Source: Candidatus Paceibacter sp. (GTDB taxonomy: Bacteria > Patescibacteriota > Minisyncoccia > UBA6257 > 02-FULL-45-10c). From it: a stretch of 64,000 nucleotides of DNA. The stretch lies in assembly GCA_020724845.1 (NCBI GenBank), contig DYGE01000001.1, forward strand, positions 122,664 to 186,663. Reading direction: 5' to 3'. The position numbers and the translations under genes were made by a program. The notes beneath the pieces were generated by a model. It saw only the letters and a list, made by a program, of their open reading frames with translations, searched no databases and was not told the origin of the DNA. Shown one piece after another: positions 1-9,715 of the stretch (position 1 is its first letter; each line of letters starts with the position of its first letter).

Positions 1-403
1 CTCGTTTGCCGGCATTTTTTTCCTCTTCGGTTTCGCCAATGCACAAGATTGGAACCAAGCCAGTGTCAGTAGCTGCTTTTAATTTTTTTGCCACTATTTC
101 ATCAGTTTCTCCAAGTTTGTGCCGCCGCTCTGAATGGCCGACAATCACATACTCAACGCATAGATTTTTTAGCTCTTGAGCGGATACCTCGCCGGTAAAA
201 GCTCCTCCGCCGGCTGGCGGATTCTCCCAGAACACATCCTGCGCTCCCAAGCGCGCCTTTTTCAGAACTTTCGCAACTTCCTCTATAAAAACAAAGGGCG
301 GGGCAATAACGATATTCTCCTGATCACTGGCCTTGGCTAAAGAAATGGCTTCTTCCAAAGTCGCCGGGTTCATTTTCCAATTAAAAACTAAAAGTTTTGA
401 CAT
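1..403 (-). CDS. tpiA: Triosephosphate isomerase (3' part runs off the window)
   Basis: Manual translation from ATG at 403: MSKLLVFNWKMNP...GAQDVFWEN(PPAGG)GAFTGEVS...YVIVGHSERR...PILCIGET, all TIM motifs. Confidence 0.97.
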   Translation of the reverse strand, partial: MSKLLVFNWKMNPATLEEAISLAKASDQENIVIAPPFVFIEEVAKVLKKARLGAQDVFWENPPAGGGAFTGEVSAQELKNLCVEYVIVGHSERRHKLGETDEIVAKKLKAATDTGLVPILCIGETEEEKNAGKR

Positions 404-435
404 ACGCTTATTTTATCATAAAAAATCCCCGATGA

Positions 436-1038
436 TTATCGGGGGTGTTGAAGTATCCACTCTGGGAACATCTCAAACGTAAGCGGAGGATCTTGTAAAG
501 TCCGAAGCGGCCAGAATGAATCAAGCGCGTTATTGCTGTCCAGCACGACTACCTCGCGCTCCACATCTTCAAGATAAGGAGGCAATGGATCGCTGGTCAT
601 CGCCCGCTCATACGCCTGTAAATTCTCAAATCTTGCCGACACAATAACTCTACCGGAAGATCTGTTAAAGGAGAGCGCGATTTTCTTCTCATCAAGTTCT
701 CTTCTCTGCTCCGCGCTCACCGCGAAGGCGCCTCGCTTTTCGTACTTGTAATGAATTTCTACAATGCCTACGGTAGTTTTTCTCATCGCTTCCCGCGCAG
801 CAGCAAGGTCGGAAAAAACAAGCTCAATTTTTCTTCTCCTAACTCTTGCTCCGCCGCTTTTTAGCTTATCCACCATCGCATTCAACTCGTGTTCCGGATA
901 ATCCGCCTCATGTTTTTTGGAAATAATAAAATGGGGAATTCCCTGTACGTTATAGATATCAAGCGCTTTCCATTCTTTCCCTAAAAGCGACGTATCCAAA
1001 GTTTTCGGATCAACCGTGATGTGCAGGTCGTAGGCCAT
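436..1038 (-). CDS. Hypothetical protein (200 aa)
   Basis: ORF with TTGACT upstream (~1094-1099) and a terminator-like hairpin at 421-446; no family recognised. Confidence 0.75.
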   Translation of the reverse strand: MAYDLHITVDPKTLDTSLLGKEWKALDIYNVQGIPHFIISKKHEADYPEHELNAMVDKLKSGGARVRRRKIELVFSDLAAAREAMRKTTVGIVEIHYKYEKRGAFAVSAEQRRELDEKKIALSFNRSSGRVIVSARFENLQAYERAMTSDPLPPYLEDVEREVVVLDSNNALDSFWPLRTLQDPPLTFEMFPEWILQHPR

Positions 1039-1108
1039 TTGAGCCTAGTTGTAAAACGACGCTACGTTATAAATATCAGATCATCTCCTTGAAGTCAAAT
1101 AGAAATTT

Positions 1109-1570
1109 CTAAATAAGAAAATTCCCTACTCCAGTCGTAAGCGCAAGCACAATCACACCTGCGGTGAGCACTCCAAGCGAGATGAATGTCACCGCTTTGC
1201 CGAAGTCCACCCCGAACACGAACGCGGCGACGGACGCGCTCCAGGCGCCGGTAAGCGGAAGCGGAATCGCGGTAAAGAGAAAAAGCGCCAGCGAGCCCCA
1301 GACCTCAAACTTCCTAGTATGCTCCCGCCTGGTCTTTTCAAAAAGCCAAGTCAAAAACTGGTGCGCGTAATAGTTGTGATGCATTAAATATTCTGAAAAA
1401 AAGCGGAGGCCTAAAAGAACTGGCGCAATGGGGAGCAAATTTCCAAGCACGCTCAACGCATACGCTTTAAGCGGAGAAAACTGAAAGGCTCCAATCGCGA
1501 TTGGAATTGCTCCTCGAAGCTCCACAATCGGAGAAGCTGAAATTATAATTGTCCAAAGCTCATTCGTCAT
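1109..1570 (-). CDS. Small multidrug export-family membrane protein (COG2426-like)
   Basis: SPIVELRGAIP and AIPLPLTGAWS motifs; probable start MTNELW overlapping the PBP2 stop. Confidence 0.85.
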   Translation of the reverse strand: MTNELWTIIISASPIVELRGAIPIAIGAFQFSPLKAYALSVLGNLLPIAPVLLGLRFFSEYLMHHNYYAHQFLTWLFEKTRREHTRKFEVWGSLALFLFTAIPLPLTGAWSASVAAFVFGVDFGKAVTFISLGVLTAGVIVLALTTGVGNFLI

Positions 1571-3422
1571 TGATAAGTCGATTATAATAATACCACTCAA
1601 TGACGTCTTTCCCCACCGGCACCGCGTTTAAGCTTCCTTCTTTCGCGTCCTCAATTAAAACCAGGATCGCTATTTCCGGATTCTCCGCCGGCGCGTACCC
1701 CACAAAGAAAGCGTTTGTTTTGGTATTGTTGGCAATTTGGGCGCTTCCGGTTTTAGCCGCGGAAGTTACCGGCAGATTAGCGAGTAAATGCGCCGTGCCG
1801 TAATATTCAGAAACCGCGTCTTTCATGCCCTCCTGCACCTCTTTTATAGCATCTCCCAAATAAGAAAAATTCATGCTTATTTCCGGCTCCCGTTCTTTTA
1901 CTAAGTTCCCCTCGCCATCTACTACGCCTTTAACCAAATGAGGAGTATAGAGCATTCCGCCGTTCGCAATTACAGTGATGTAATTTAAAAGCTGAATCGG
2001 AGTCACCAGCAAATCGCCCTGGCCAATGGATACATTGTATGTGTCGCCGAGGCGCCAGATATCATTTTTGACTTCTTCTTTGATTTCCGGATCCGGCAAA
2101 AAACCAGCCTGTTCGCCGTCTAAATCTATCCCGGTTTTAGAGCCAAAACCAAATTCCTTCCAATACTCTTTCAATTTGTCTATGCCTAAACCGGAAACTT
2201 CCTCGAAACCTCCTCCAACGGCATAGAAATAAACGTTGCTGGATCTCGCTAACGCGGAACGAAGATCCACCCAGCCGTGCGGCTTCCAGTCTAAAAATCT
2301 GCTCGGCTGGTCCGGAAAATATGGATTAGGTATCTCAATGTATCCTTTGGAATATATCTCCTTTTTACTATCGATGAGATTCTCCGAAAGCGCGGCCAAA
2401 GCCACCAATGGCTTTATAGTGGATCCGGGAGCATAAGCTCCGGAAATTGCCCGATTAAAAAGAGGATTAGAAAATGAATTAAGCAGATTCGCCCTGTCGC
2501 TGGAACGATCGGCTTCGGTAAAAGCATTGCTATCAAACGCCGGCAATGAAACCAGCGCCAAAACTTCGCCATTCCTAGGGTCCAGCGCTATCCCAACCGC
2601 CGCAGTCCTCTCCAGCCGCCAGAGGGCCTGCTGCAAGCTGTCATAAAAATATTCTTGCAGGCCGCTATCAATTGTCGTTTGAATATGCTCACCGTTTTCC
2701 GGAGCTTCAAGCAATTTCTCGTCCAAAATATCCAAACGGGCGTTTCTGTAAACCAAACGAACGCCATCACTGCCGGCCAGCACGGAATCATAATATCTTT
2801 CCAGACCGGCTTTGCCGCTTACGTCATTAAACTTCGCAAGCCCGGTATACCCAAGAACATGTGAAAATGCCGGTCCGTTAAGATAGTGCCGCCGATAGTC
2901 ATCGTGCACTTCCAAGACAGAGTCATTAAGATCTTCCACTGCCTCAACTTGGTCGGGAGATATATTTCTGGCCAAGGTGATAAGAGCGCTCTTTTCCAGA
3001 TTGGCTTTCTCCACTAACTCTCTCAATTCCGCTTGCTCAACTTTTAATATAACGCTAACTTCCGCTAAAAGAGCGTCCAGATTAACTGAATTCCTTTTTG
3101 CCAAACCGGAATTCAGCACTAATCTGTAAGCGGATTCATTCTCAACTAATTGCTTTCCGTGGCGATCATAAATAATTCCTCTGACTGCCGGTATGGTAAT
3201 TGGCTGTTCAACGTTCATCGCCGACCTCGCTTCATAAAAATCGCCTTTTAGATAAGTGATATGGGCAATTCTGGCAAACACCGCGGCGCCGGCTAATATC
3301 GCGAAAAAGACCAAAAGGAAAAAAGTTTTCCTGGAAAGCGGAAGCTCCAAAGTTTCCAGGCCATTGCCTCTTTCCTCAAGAATGGCGTGCTCCAGATCAA
3401 ATTCTTCCTTTGGCTTGTGCAT
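1560..3422 (-). CDS. mrdA: Penicillin-binding protein 2
   Basis: N-terminal TM, RGIIYDR dimerisation motif, STIK (SxxK), SSN (SxN), KTG; start ATG at 3422 preceded by TAAAAT. Confidence 0.93.
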   Translation of the reverse strand: MHKPKEEFDLEHAILEERGNGLETLELPLSRKTFFLLVFFAILAGAAVFARIAHITYLKGDFYEARSAMNVEQPITIPAVRGIIYDRHGKQLVENESAYRLVLNSGLAKRNSVNLDALLAEVSVILKVEQAELRELVEKANLEKSALITLARNISPDQVEAVEDLNDSVLEVHDDYRRHYLNGPAFSHVLGYTGLAKFNDVSGKAGLERYYDSVLAGSDGVRLVYRNARLDILDEKLLEAPENGEHIQTTIDSGLQEYFYDSLQQALWRLERTAAVGIALDPRNGEVLALVSLPAFDSNAFTEADRSSDRANLLNSFSNPLFNRAISGAYAPGSTIKPLVALAALSENLIDSKKEIYSKGYIEIPNPYFPDQPSRFLDWKPHGWVDLRSALARSSNVYFYAVGGGFEEVSGLGIDKLKEYWKEFGFGSKTGIDLDGEQAGFLPDPEIKEEVKNDIWRLGDTYNVSIGQGDLLVTPIQLLNYITVIANGGMLYTPHLVKGVVDGEGNLVKEREPEISMNFSYLGDAIKEVQEGMKDAVSEYYGTAHLLANLPVTSAAKTGSAQIANNTKTNAFFVGYAPAENPEIAILVLIEDAKEGSLNAVPVGKDVIEWYYYNRLINDE

Positions 3423-3468
3423 GACCAAATTTTAATATAAAAAAAGCCCTATTGAAAGAGGAGGTTGT

Positions 3469-3797
3469 AAAACCAAGAAGATGTCCTTTCTTTAGACCGC
3501 CTCCATCTGCTAAACATAACCAGAAAGTATCCTCTGTGCGGCAACTGACGGAATCCTGATTTGCTCGGTTCGTCCGCCAGCTGGCGGACGAAAATCAGGG
3601 TGAGACGTAGGCGGAGTTATCACCCCGTGTTGGAAGGCAGGCCGCTATGCTATAGCATAGCGGTCGTCGGAAACCTGGAGGTGTCCGAGACGGGGGTCGG
3701 GGTGAGAATCTGGGACGGTAAGAGGATACTTTCTGGTTATGACACTTTGTCCCCACCGCGCAGCCCGAGTCTAAAGAAAGGACATCTTCTTGGTTTT
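3469..3797 (+). repeat. Structured palindromic element, copy 1 (nested inverted repeats; putative ncRNA or miniature mobile element)
   Basis: 29-bp perfect outer IR 3469-3497/3769-3797, 21-bp inner IR 3515-3535/3721-3741; core nearly identical to 60219-60460. Confidence 0.85.
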
Positions 3798-3809
3798 GGT
3801 AAAATCAGT

Positions 3810-4856
3810 TTAAATCTTTATGTCTTTAGGCCGCATCGGATTATTTACCACCTGATAGTACTTATCAAATTGCTCTACCGCTATTCCAGCGCCCCTCACA
3901 ACCGCGGTCAATGGATCATCAATCACTTTCACAGGAACCATAAATTCCTTTTCAAATAATTTGTCTAAACCCTTCAATAAGCTTCCGCCGCCGCAGAGCT
4001 GAACTCCATTCTTCAGAATATCGCCTACCAATTCCGGCGGCGTGGCTTCAATAACCTGCCTGATAGATTCAACCATTTCTTTCAGTGAACGGCTCATAGC
4101 CGCGCGGACATGGCTATCTTTAAGCACAACCTCTTTAGGCAAGCCGGTCGCCATATCTCTTCCCCGAATAGCCAATTCCAATTTTTGATCGATCGGCATA
4201 GCCGTTCCAATTACCATTTTCAATTCTTCAGCAGTCGGTTCGCCAATCGCGAGCTTATACTCTTCCCGCACAAATCGAATTATATCGTTATTTAGGCGGT
4301 CGCCGGCAATCTTTAAGCTTTCAGATGTGACAATGCCGCCCATTGAAATAACGGCTATTTCAGTCGTGCCTCCGCCGATATCCACTATCGCGCTGGCAGT
4401 CGGCTCATCAATCGGAAGGCGGGCTCCGATAGCGGCCGCCAGCGGCTCTTCCACCACATAGGCCTTATTAGCCCCGGCCCCAATCACCGCGTCCTCTACT
4501 GACTTTCTTTCCACTTCGGTCAGGTTGCTTGGCACTCCGATAACTGCCCGATTATAAGTCAAAAAGCTATTAGAAGCTCCAATTTTCCTAAAGAAATGCT
4601 TCAGCATCTCTTGCGTCATTTCAAAATCAGAAATAACGCCATTTATAAGAGGGCGGATGATATTAATATGCGCCGGGGTCCTGCCAACCATTTTCTTAGC
4701 CTCATCCCCGACTGCCAGAATCTGTCCGGTTTTGCTGTTCACAGCCGCGACTGATGGTTCATTAATAACTATTCCGCGCCCCGCGACGTAAACCAAAGAA
4801 TTCGCCGTGCCTAAATCAACTCCTATACCTTTTGAAAAATAATTAAAAAATTTCAT
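3810..4856 (-). CDS. mreB: Rod shape-determining protein MreB (paralog 1)
   Basis: GVDLGTANS, DIGGGTTE, LCGGGSLL actin-fold motifs; likely start MKFF at 4856. Confidence 0.96.
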   Translation of the reverse strand: MKFFNYFSKGIGVDLGTANSLVYVAGRGIVINEPSVAAVNSKTGQILAVGDEAKKMVGRTPAHINIIRPLINGVISDFEMTQEMLKHFFRKIGASNSFLTYNRAVIGVPSNLTEVERKSVEDAVIGAGANKAYVVEEPLAAAIGARLPIDEPTASAIVDIGGGTTEIAVISMGGIVTSESLKIAGDRLNNDIIRFVREEYKLAIGEPTAEELKMVIGTAMPIDQKLELAIRGRDMATGLPKEVVLKDSHVRAAMSRSLKEMVESIRQVIEATPPELVGDILKNGVQLCGGGSLLKGLDKLFEKEFMVPVKVIDDPLTAVVRGAGIAVEQFDKYYQVVNNPMRPKDIKI

Positions 4857-4863
4857 ATAAAAT

Positions 4864-5385
4864 TTATTCGCCTTGTGAATAATCCTCGTATTCTTGCTGT
4901 AAACTCTTTTCAATTTCTTCTGGAGTTTCTTCTTCGGCAGTCATTATACCCCGGCTCTTCTTGGATTGGAACCTTTCGAAAACCCTTAAAGCTTCTTCCA
5001 AGGCCTCTTTGTAGTCTTCCGGAGATCGCTTTTTCTTTAAATCCTCAAGGGCATCTTCAAGGGCGGATTTGAATTCTTCCTGGGATTGATTTTCTAGAGC
5101 TTTAGCAAGGCGGTCTTGTGATTTCAATCTCTCGCCTAGCAAGTATTCTCTCTCAAATTCTCTAACAATCTCCTCGGCAGTTCGCTGCTTGGGTTCTAAT
5201 GACCCTCCCCACTCCTGTCTTTTATTAACTTCTTCAGCGTATTTCGATAAGTCCTCCGTAGAAACTATCCTTGATTCTTCTTTCCCTACCCGTCTTCCAT
5301 GCTTTCGCTTTAGCTCTCCAAGTTTCTCTTCCGCTAATTTTTCAAATTCTTCCAATATTGCCGGCCTTTTTTCAGGATTTTCCAT
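4864..5385 (-). CDS. Hypothetical charged helical protein
   Basis: 173-aa E/K-rich ORF filling the gap between proS and mreB. Confidence 0.7.
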   Translation of the reverse strand: MENPEKRPAILEEFEKLAEEKLGELKRKHGRRVGKEESRIVSTEDLSKYAEEVNKRQEWGGSLEPKQRTAEEIVREFEREYLLGERLKSQDRLAKALENQSQEEFKSALEDALEDLKKKRSPEDYKEALEEALRVFERFQSKKSRGIMTAEEETPEEIEKSLQQEYEDYSQGE

Positions 5386-5399
5386 GATAAACAGTCGCG

Positions 5400-6668
5400 T
5401 TATTTTTTTAAGTTTACATTATTAGCTACCGCTCTAAAAAATTCTTCCTCATTAACCAGTTGCGACTCGCCTTCTGATCGGCGCTTGAGTTCCACTTTCT
5501 TGGCTGCCAGCGTTTTCTCACTGACCACCACACGCCATGGAATTCCCAATAAATCCGAGTCATTAAGCTTCTCTCCGGCTGATGCCTTTCTTTCGTCATA
5601 TAATACCTCGAATTCCCCAAAATGTCTAACCAGACTCTCATATACCTTGCTCGCCGCTTCGGTTACTTCTCCAGAATCTCCAAGGGATACAAGATGGACT
5701 TTAAAAGGTGCGACGCTCTCGGGCCATAATATGCCTTTTTCATCATTATGCACTTCTACAATGGTGGCCATTAATCTGCTTACGCCTATGCCGTACGCCC
5801 CCATGATGACCGGATGCTTTTCTCCTTTCTCATCAGTAAAATAAAGGCCTAAACTTTCAGAGTATTTTGTGCCTTGATTAAAAATATTGCCGACTTCAAT
5901 AGATTTTTTCATAGCTATCGCCCCGGAGCACTTGGGGCAAGCGTCTCCTCCCTTGAGCTTTGATATTTCTTCGTTCTCCGCGTACCCGCATTCTTCGCAT
6001 AGAAAGATTGTATCCTCTCCCACATCTGAAAGAACTTGGAATTCATGGGTAAATTTATCAGTAAATACTCCTCCGCCGGCGAGAGTATAAAACGATTTCA
6101 AACCGCATCTTTCGAACACTTTAAAATATGCCTCTTTTGCCCTTTCGTAATATGACTCCAGATCGCTTTCGGTCGCGTGAAAACTATAGAGATCTTTCAT
6201 CATAAATTCTCTCCCCCGCAGAAGGCCTGATTTTGCCCGAGCCTCATTTCTGAACTTAGTTTGGATCTGATACGCGGCAAAAGGAAGATCTTTGTAGGAA
6301 TGCACATGCTTGGAAGCAATAGCGGTTAGAACTTCTTCGTGCGACCAGCCCAGCACAAAATGCGGCTCTTTATCTCTCAAGCCCTTTGCGAAAAATCCGA
6401 CATCCAGATTCCATCGGCTGGTCGGCTCCATGTATTTCTTTTCTATCAATGCCGGCATAAACATTTCCTGGCCGCCAATCGCGTTCATTTCTTCTCTTAT
6501 GATATCCATCACTTTCTGAGCGACTTTCCACCCAAGAGGCAGGAATGAATATATGCCCGCGGAATTTTTGAACACAAATCCCCCCTTTATTAAAAGCTGG
6601 GCGTTTCTAGCCTCTTCCCCTTCTGGAGAGTTTTTAGTAGTTTTTGAGAATAGTTTAGATTGCAGCAT
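5400..6668 (-). CDS. proS: Proline--tRNA ligase (short form, no INS editing domain)
   Basis: QTKFRNEARAKSGLLRGREFMMKDLYSF, YGIGVSR, anticodon-binding C-terminus; 422 aa. Confidence 0.96.
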   Translation of the reverse strand: MLQSKLFSKTTKNSPEGEEARNAQLLIKGGFVFKNSAGIYSFLPLGWKVAQKVMDIIREEMNAIGGQEMFMPALIEKKYMEPTSRWNLDVGFFAKGLRDKEPHFVLGWSHEEVLTAIASKHVHSYKDLPFAAYQIQTKFRNEARAKSGLLRGREFMMKDLYSFHATESDLESYYERAKEAYFKVFERCGLKSFYTLAGGGVFTDKFTHEFQVLSDVGEDTIFLCEECGYAENEEISKLKGGDACPKCSGAIAMKKSIEVGNIFNQGTKYSESLGLYFTDEKGEKHPVIMGAYGIGVSRLMATIVEVHNDEKGILWPESVAPFKVHLVSLGDSGEVTEAASKVYESLVRHFGEFEVLYDERKASAGEKLNDSDLLGIPWRVVVSEKTLAAKKVELKRRSEGESQLVNEEEFFRAVANNVNLKK

Positions 6669-6680
6669 AGAGTAATATTA

Positions 6681-7724
6681 TCACAGTAATGTTAATATAT
6701 CCTTCACAGTTATCGCAAGAATCAATAGCAGCAGAAAAGCGAATCCCAAACCATTAGCTACCATTTCAGTTCTAACATCCAGCGGCCTGCCTTTAACTTT
6801 TTCGATCAGCAAGAACAGCAGCCGGCCTCCGTCTAAAGCGGGTATTGGAATAACGTTAAATACCGCCAAATTAAGGGAAATAATGGCAAGGAGCTGAATG
6901 AAATGCGCAACTCCAAGTTTGGTAGTTTGAACAGCCACATTCACAATCCCGACCGGCCCGACAAAACGCTCCAAAACGCTGAAATCAGTAAATAATCCGA
7001 TAACAAGATCGGCTAGGCCGGCGAAAATCAATCCAAGCATCCTGACAGAAGTTAAGAATCCTTGCCAGATGCTTTCCAGAAGCCCAAGCTTCGGCAATCC
7101 GGATTCAACTATAAAAATTCCTAAGTTTCCCTCGCCTTCAGGCACATCCACGCGCGGCGTAACCGTAATTTTAAGATCTTCAGTTTCCCGCCTGACATTT
7201 AACATAACTTCATTGCCTTTATTAGCATCAACAAATTCAAGCAAAGCCGGAACGGTCTGAAAATCAACCAACTGGTCGCCGGATTGGATCCCCGCGGATT
7301 CCGCTATGCTATCCTCGGCAACAGCGGTAATCAATACTGATTGCGGAATCCCAATCATAAAGACTGCCGATATCAGCAACCAGCCAAGCGCGAAATTCAT
7401 CAGCACGCCTGCGGCAATTATTACTGCCCGTTTTAAAATGCCTTGATGGCTAAAACTGCGCGATGAATCCACGCCCGCGGATTCATCTCCGCCGGCTGGC
7501 GGACGCTCGCCGTAAATCTTTACGAATCCGCCGAAAGGAAGCCAATTGATGCTATATAAAGTTTCCCCGATTTTTTTCCCAAAAATTCTTGGCGGCAGTC
7601 CGAAGCCGAACTCTTCCACTAGCAAACCGCCCCACTTGGCAGCAAAAAAATGCCCCGCCTCATGGATGATTATCAGAGCCGAAAGGCCAAAGAATATTAA
7701 GATGACTGACAAGATCTCCAGCAT
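6681..7724 (-). CDS. rseP: RseP-like site-2 metalloprotease (M50, PDZ)
   Basis: HEAGH, NWLPFGGFV, NVIPIPALDGG. Confidence 0.95.
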   Translation of the reverse strand: MLEILSVILIFFGLSALIIIHEAGHFFAAKWGGLLVEEFGFGLPPRIFGKKIGETLYSINWLPFGGFVKIYGERPPAGGDESAGVDSSRSFSHQGILKRAVIIAAGVLMNFALGWLLISAVFMIGIPQSVLITAVAEDSIAESAGIQSGDQLVDFQTVPALLEFVDANKGNEVMLNVRRETEDLKITVTPRVDVPEGEGNLGIFIVESGLPKLGLLESIWQGFLTSVRMLGLIFAGLADLVIGLFTDFSVLERFVGPVGIVNVAVQTTKLGVAHFIQLLAIISLNLAVFNVIPIPALDGGRLLFLLIEKVKGRPLDVRTEMVANGLGFAFLLLLILAITVKDILTLL

Positions 7725-7846
7725 TACTTCTAATAATACTATTTTTTGCGTGAAAAATCCCTACGGCCCTCCTATTGCTAAAATGGTAAAAATCTGCTAA
7801 TATATCCAAATCAAGAAACTTGAAAGCGGAGAGTAGGATGGCCGAA

Positions 7847-8233
7847 TCCAGCAACCAGCCTCCAAACTGGCTTTCCGGGCTTCCGGTGATAGGCAAAAAT
7901 ATCTACGCGTATCTTAAATACGACAAGAAAGGCGAAGAGCGTCTTGCCAAAATTCCCGTCGGGAGAATAACCTGCGACAGAAGAATGATCCACCTTGGCT
8001 ATATCGGACCAAGTAGGGTCCTAGGCGACCACCCGGTAATCACCGCAACTATCCCGATGGAATTGGATGAAGTCCTGTTCATTTTTTACAAAGATCTAAA
8101 CGGCGTTGATCAAGTATTGAAGAGCCCGGCCGTTATCTCAACAACTACTATTACTGTTCCGGACGGCAAGCTAATTTTAGCCCAATATCTTGATGGCGAA
8201 GAAAAGAAAATTGCCCAGATTCACTACCCTTAA
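7847..8233 (+). CDS. Hypothetical protein
   Basis: Divergent ORF with GGAG upstream of ATG at 7847, ending at a bidirectional terminator. Confidence 0.65.
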   Translation, partial: SSNQPPNWLSGLPVIGKNIYAYLKYDKKGEERLAKIPVGRITCDRRMIHLGYIGPSRVLGDHPVITATIPMELDEVLFIFYKDLNGVDQVLKSPAVISTTTITVPDGKLILAQYLDGEEKKIAQIHYP

Positions 8234-8237
8234 ATTT

Positions 8238-8261
8238 CAAAATGCCCTTTCGGGCATTTTT
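8238..8261. terminator. Bidirectional intrinsic terminator
   Basis: aaaatgccc-tttc-gggcattttt between convergent genes. Confidence 0.85.
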
Positions 8262-8807
8262 CTATTCCATAATCTCTCTAAGCTTGTTCTCTAACAAAGA
8301 TTCAATTTCTTTATTAGTTTTATCAACTGACTCCTGAATTTTTTCTTTTTCTTTGAAAGCCGCGTCTTCCGAGAGTTTGCCTCCCTCTTCCTGTTTCTTT
8401 ACTTCTTTGTTGGCTTCTTCCCTGGCGCCCCGCACGCGGATTCTTGCCTCTTCGGTCATCTTTCTCAAAACTTTTTCAAATTCTCTTTTTCGCTCGTCTG
8501 TAAGCGGGGGAAGATTTATCCTGATCATATTACCTTCAACGTTAGCCGCCACATTCAAAGACGAGGACTCAATCCCTTTTGCTACCGCGCTCACCGCCCC
8601 CTGATCCCAAACGCTGATTTGAATTTCTTTCGGCGGAATGACCGATATAGAGCCAAGCGCTTTTACCGGCATCTGCTGGCCGTAATAATCAACTTTAATA
8701 TCTTCCACCATCCGAGGAGAAGGCCGGCCGCCGCGAATCGTCTGAAATTCGCTCTTTAACGATTCGGCTACTGACTTTAGTTTTCCTTCAAATTGCTTTA
8801 TATCCAT
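8262..8807 (-). CDS. frr: Ribosome recycling factor
   Basis: IRGGRPSP, VDYYG, LPPLTDERKRE. Confidence 0.96.
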   Translation of the reverse strand: MDIKQFEGKLKSVAESLKSEFQTIRGGRPSPRMVEDIKVDYYGQQMPVKALGSISVIPPKEIQISVWDQGAVSAVAKGIESSSLNVAANVEGNMIRINLPPLTDERKREFEKVLRKMTEEARIRVRGAREEANKEVKKQEEGGKLSEDAAFKEKEKIQESVDKTNKEIESLLENKLREIME

Positions 8808-8920
8808 ATATTGTAGACCATTAGCCGTTAGTTAATTTAAACCCTGCAAACCAAGGGAAGAAAATAGACCAAAATACCGGCTAGGATCAATAAAATTATT
8901 AGAAAAAATGCTTTGTCCAT

Positions 8921-9715
8921 TTATTGTATAGCTTCTAATTGCAATCGTTTATTAGTATTATAACTCTTTATCAAAAATAATCTATGCAAAACCCCTTTTA
9001 ATACGTCTTTATTTTTTACTGGCTCCGCCCGCAAGCTTATAACTAACTCCTCAAAAAATAGGTCCAGTAAGCCAGGGATCTTCTTTTCCTGATCTATCAA
9101 ATCCTTAATCAGCTTGGATCTTCCCGGCCCTGGCAATTTTAAAAACTTGTCCGCGTAACCGACTGCCTCTTCGGTCAACTCATCGGAAACTAGCCGCATC
9201 GCCCTCCCAGGGCGCCCATATGCTGAAGAGACCGCTTTCATGTTGCTTGTTACTTTTTCCATTTCGCTATCTGCTAACCTGCCAAAATGGATTTTTTGCA
9301 AACGGGACTGAAGAGGGCTTATCAAAGTTTCCGGCTGATGAACTACTAAAATCAAAGTTGCCCTTTCCGGCGGCTCTTCAGTAATCTTTAAGATCGCGTT
9401 CTGCGCCTGCGTAGTAAGGTCGCCGGCATTATCAATTACTACCAGCCGGCGGGAGGAAATAACCGGTTTCTGCCATAAGAAATTTTTCAATTCCCGCATG
9501 GCATCAATGCCAGTAGCATCTTCCAGCAATAAAGAATCTTGAAGCGGTTTTTTGGATAATTCAAACTCCCCTGTTTCCAGAAAATTAGCAAAATGCTCCG
9601 CAAAATAAAATTTCCCCACCTCCGGCTCGCCGAAAAAAATGTAGCCATGGGCTAAATGGTTATTCTTAACCAGCTTTTTGAAATCTTTTACCAGATGAGA
9701 ATGGCCAATTATCAT
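8921..9715 (-). CDS. holB: DNA polymerase III delta' subunit
   Basis: HGYIFFGEPEVGK, AQNAILKITEEPP, LQSR. Confidence 0.9.
   Translation of the reverse strand: MIIGHSHLVKDFKKLVKNNHLAHGYIFFGEPEVGKFYFAEHFANFLETGEFELSKKPLQDSLLLEDATGIDAMRELKNFLWQKPVISSRRLVVIDNAGDLTTQAQNAILKITEEPPERATLILVVHQPETLISPLQSRLQKIHFGRLADSEMEKVTSNMKAVSSAYGRPGRAMRLVSDELTEEAVGYADKFLKLPGPGRSKLIKDLIDQEKKIPGLLDLFFEELVISLRAEPVKNKDVLKGVLHRLFLIKSYNTNKRLQLEAIQ

Noticed and set aside
3541-3612. Hammerhead ribozyme reading of CTGACGGA...CGAAA
   Set aside because: Core is not CUGANGA, helix arrangement does not fit, and the mnmA copy lacks it
3561-3959. 132-aa plus-strand ORF
   Set aside because: Runs through the repeat element and antisense into mreB; not protein-like
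8837-8920. 27-aa hydrophobic ORF after holB (MDKAFFLIILLILAGILVYFLPLVCRV)
   Set aside because: Could be a microprotein or gene remnant but too short to support from sequence alone
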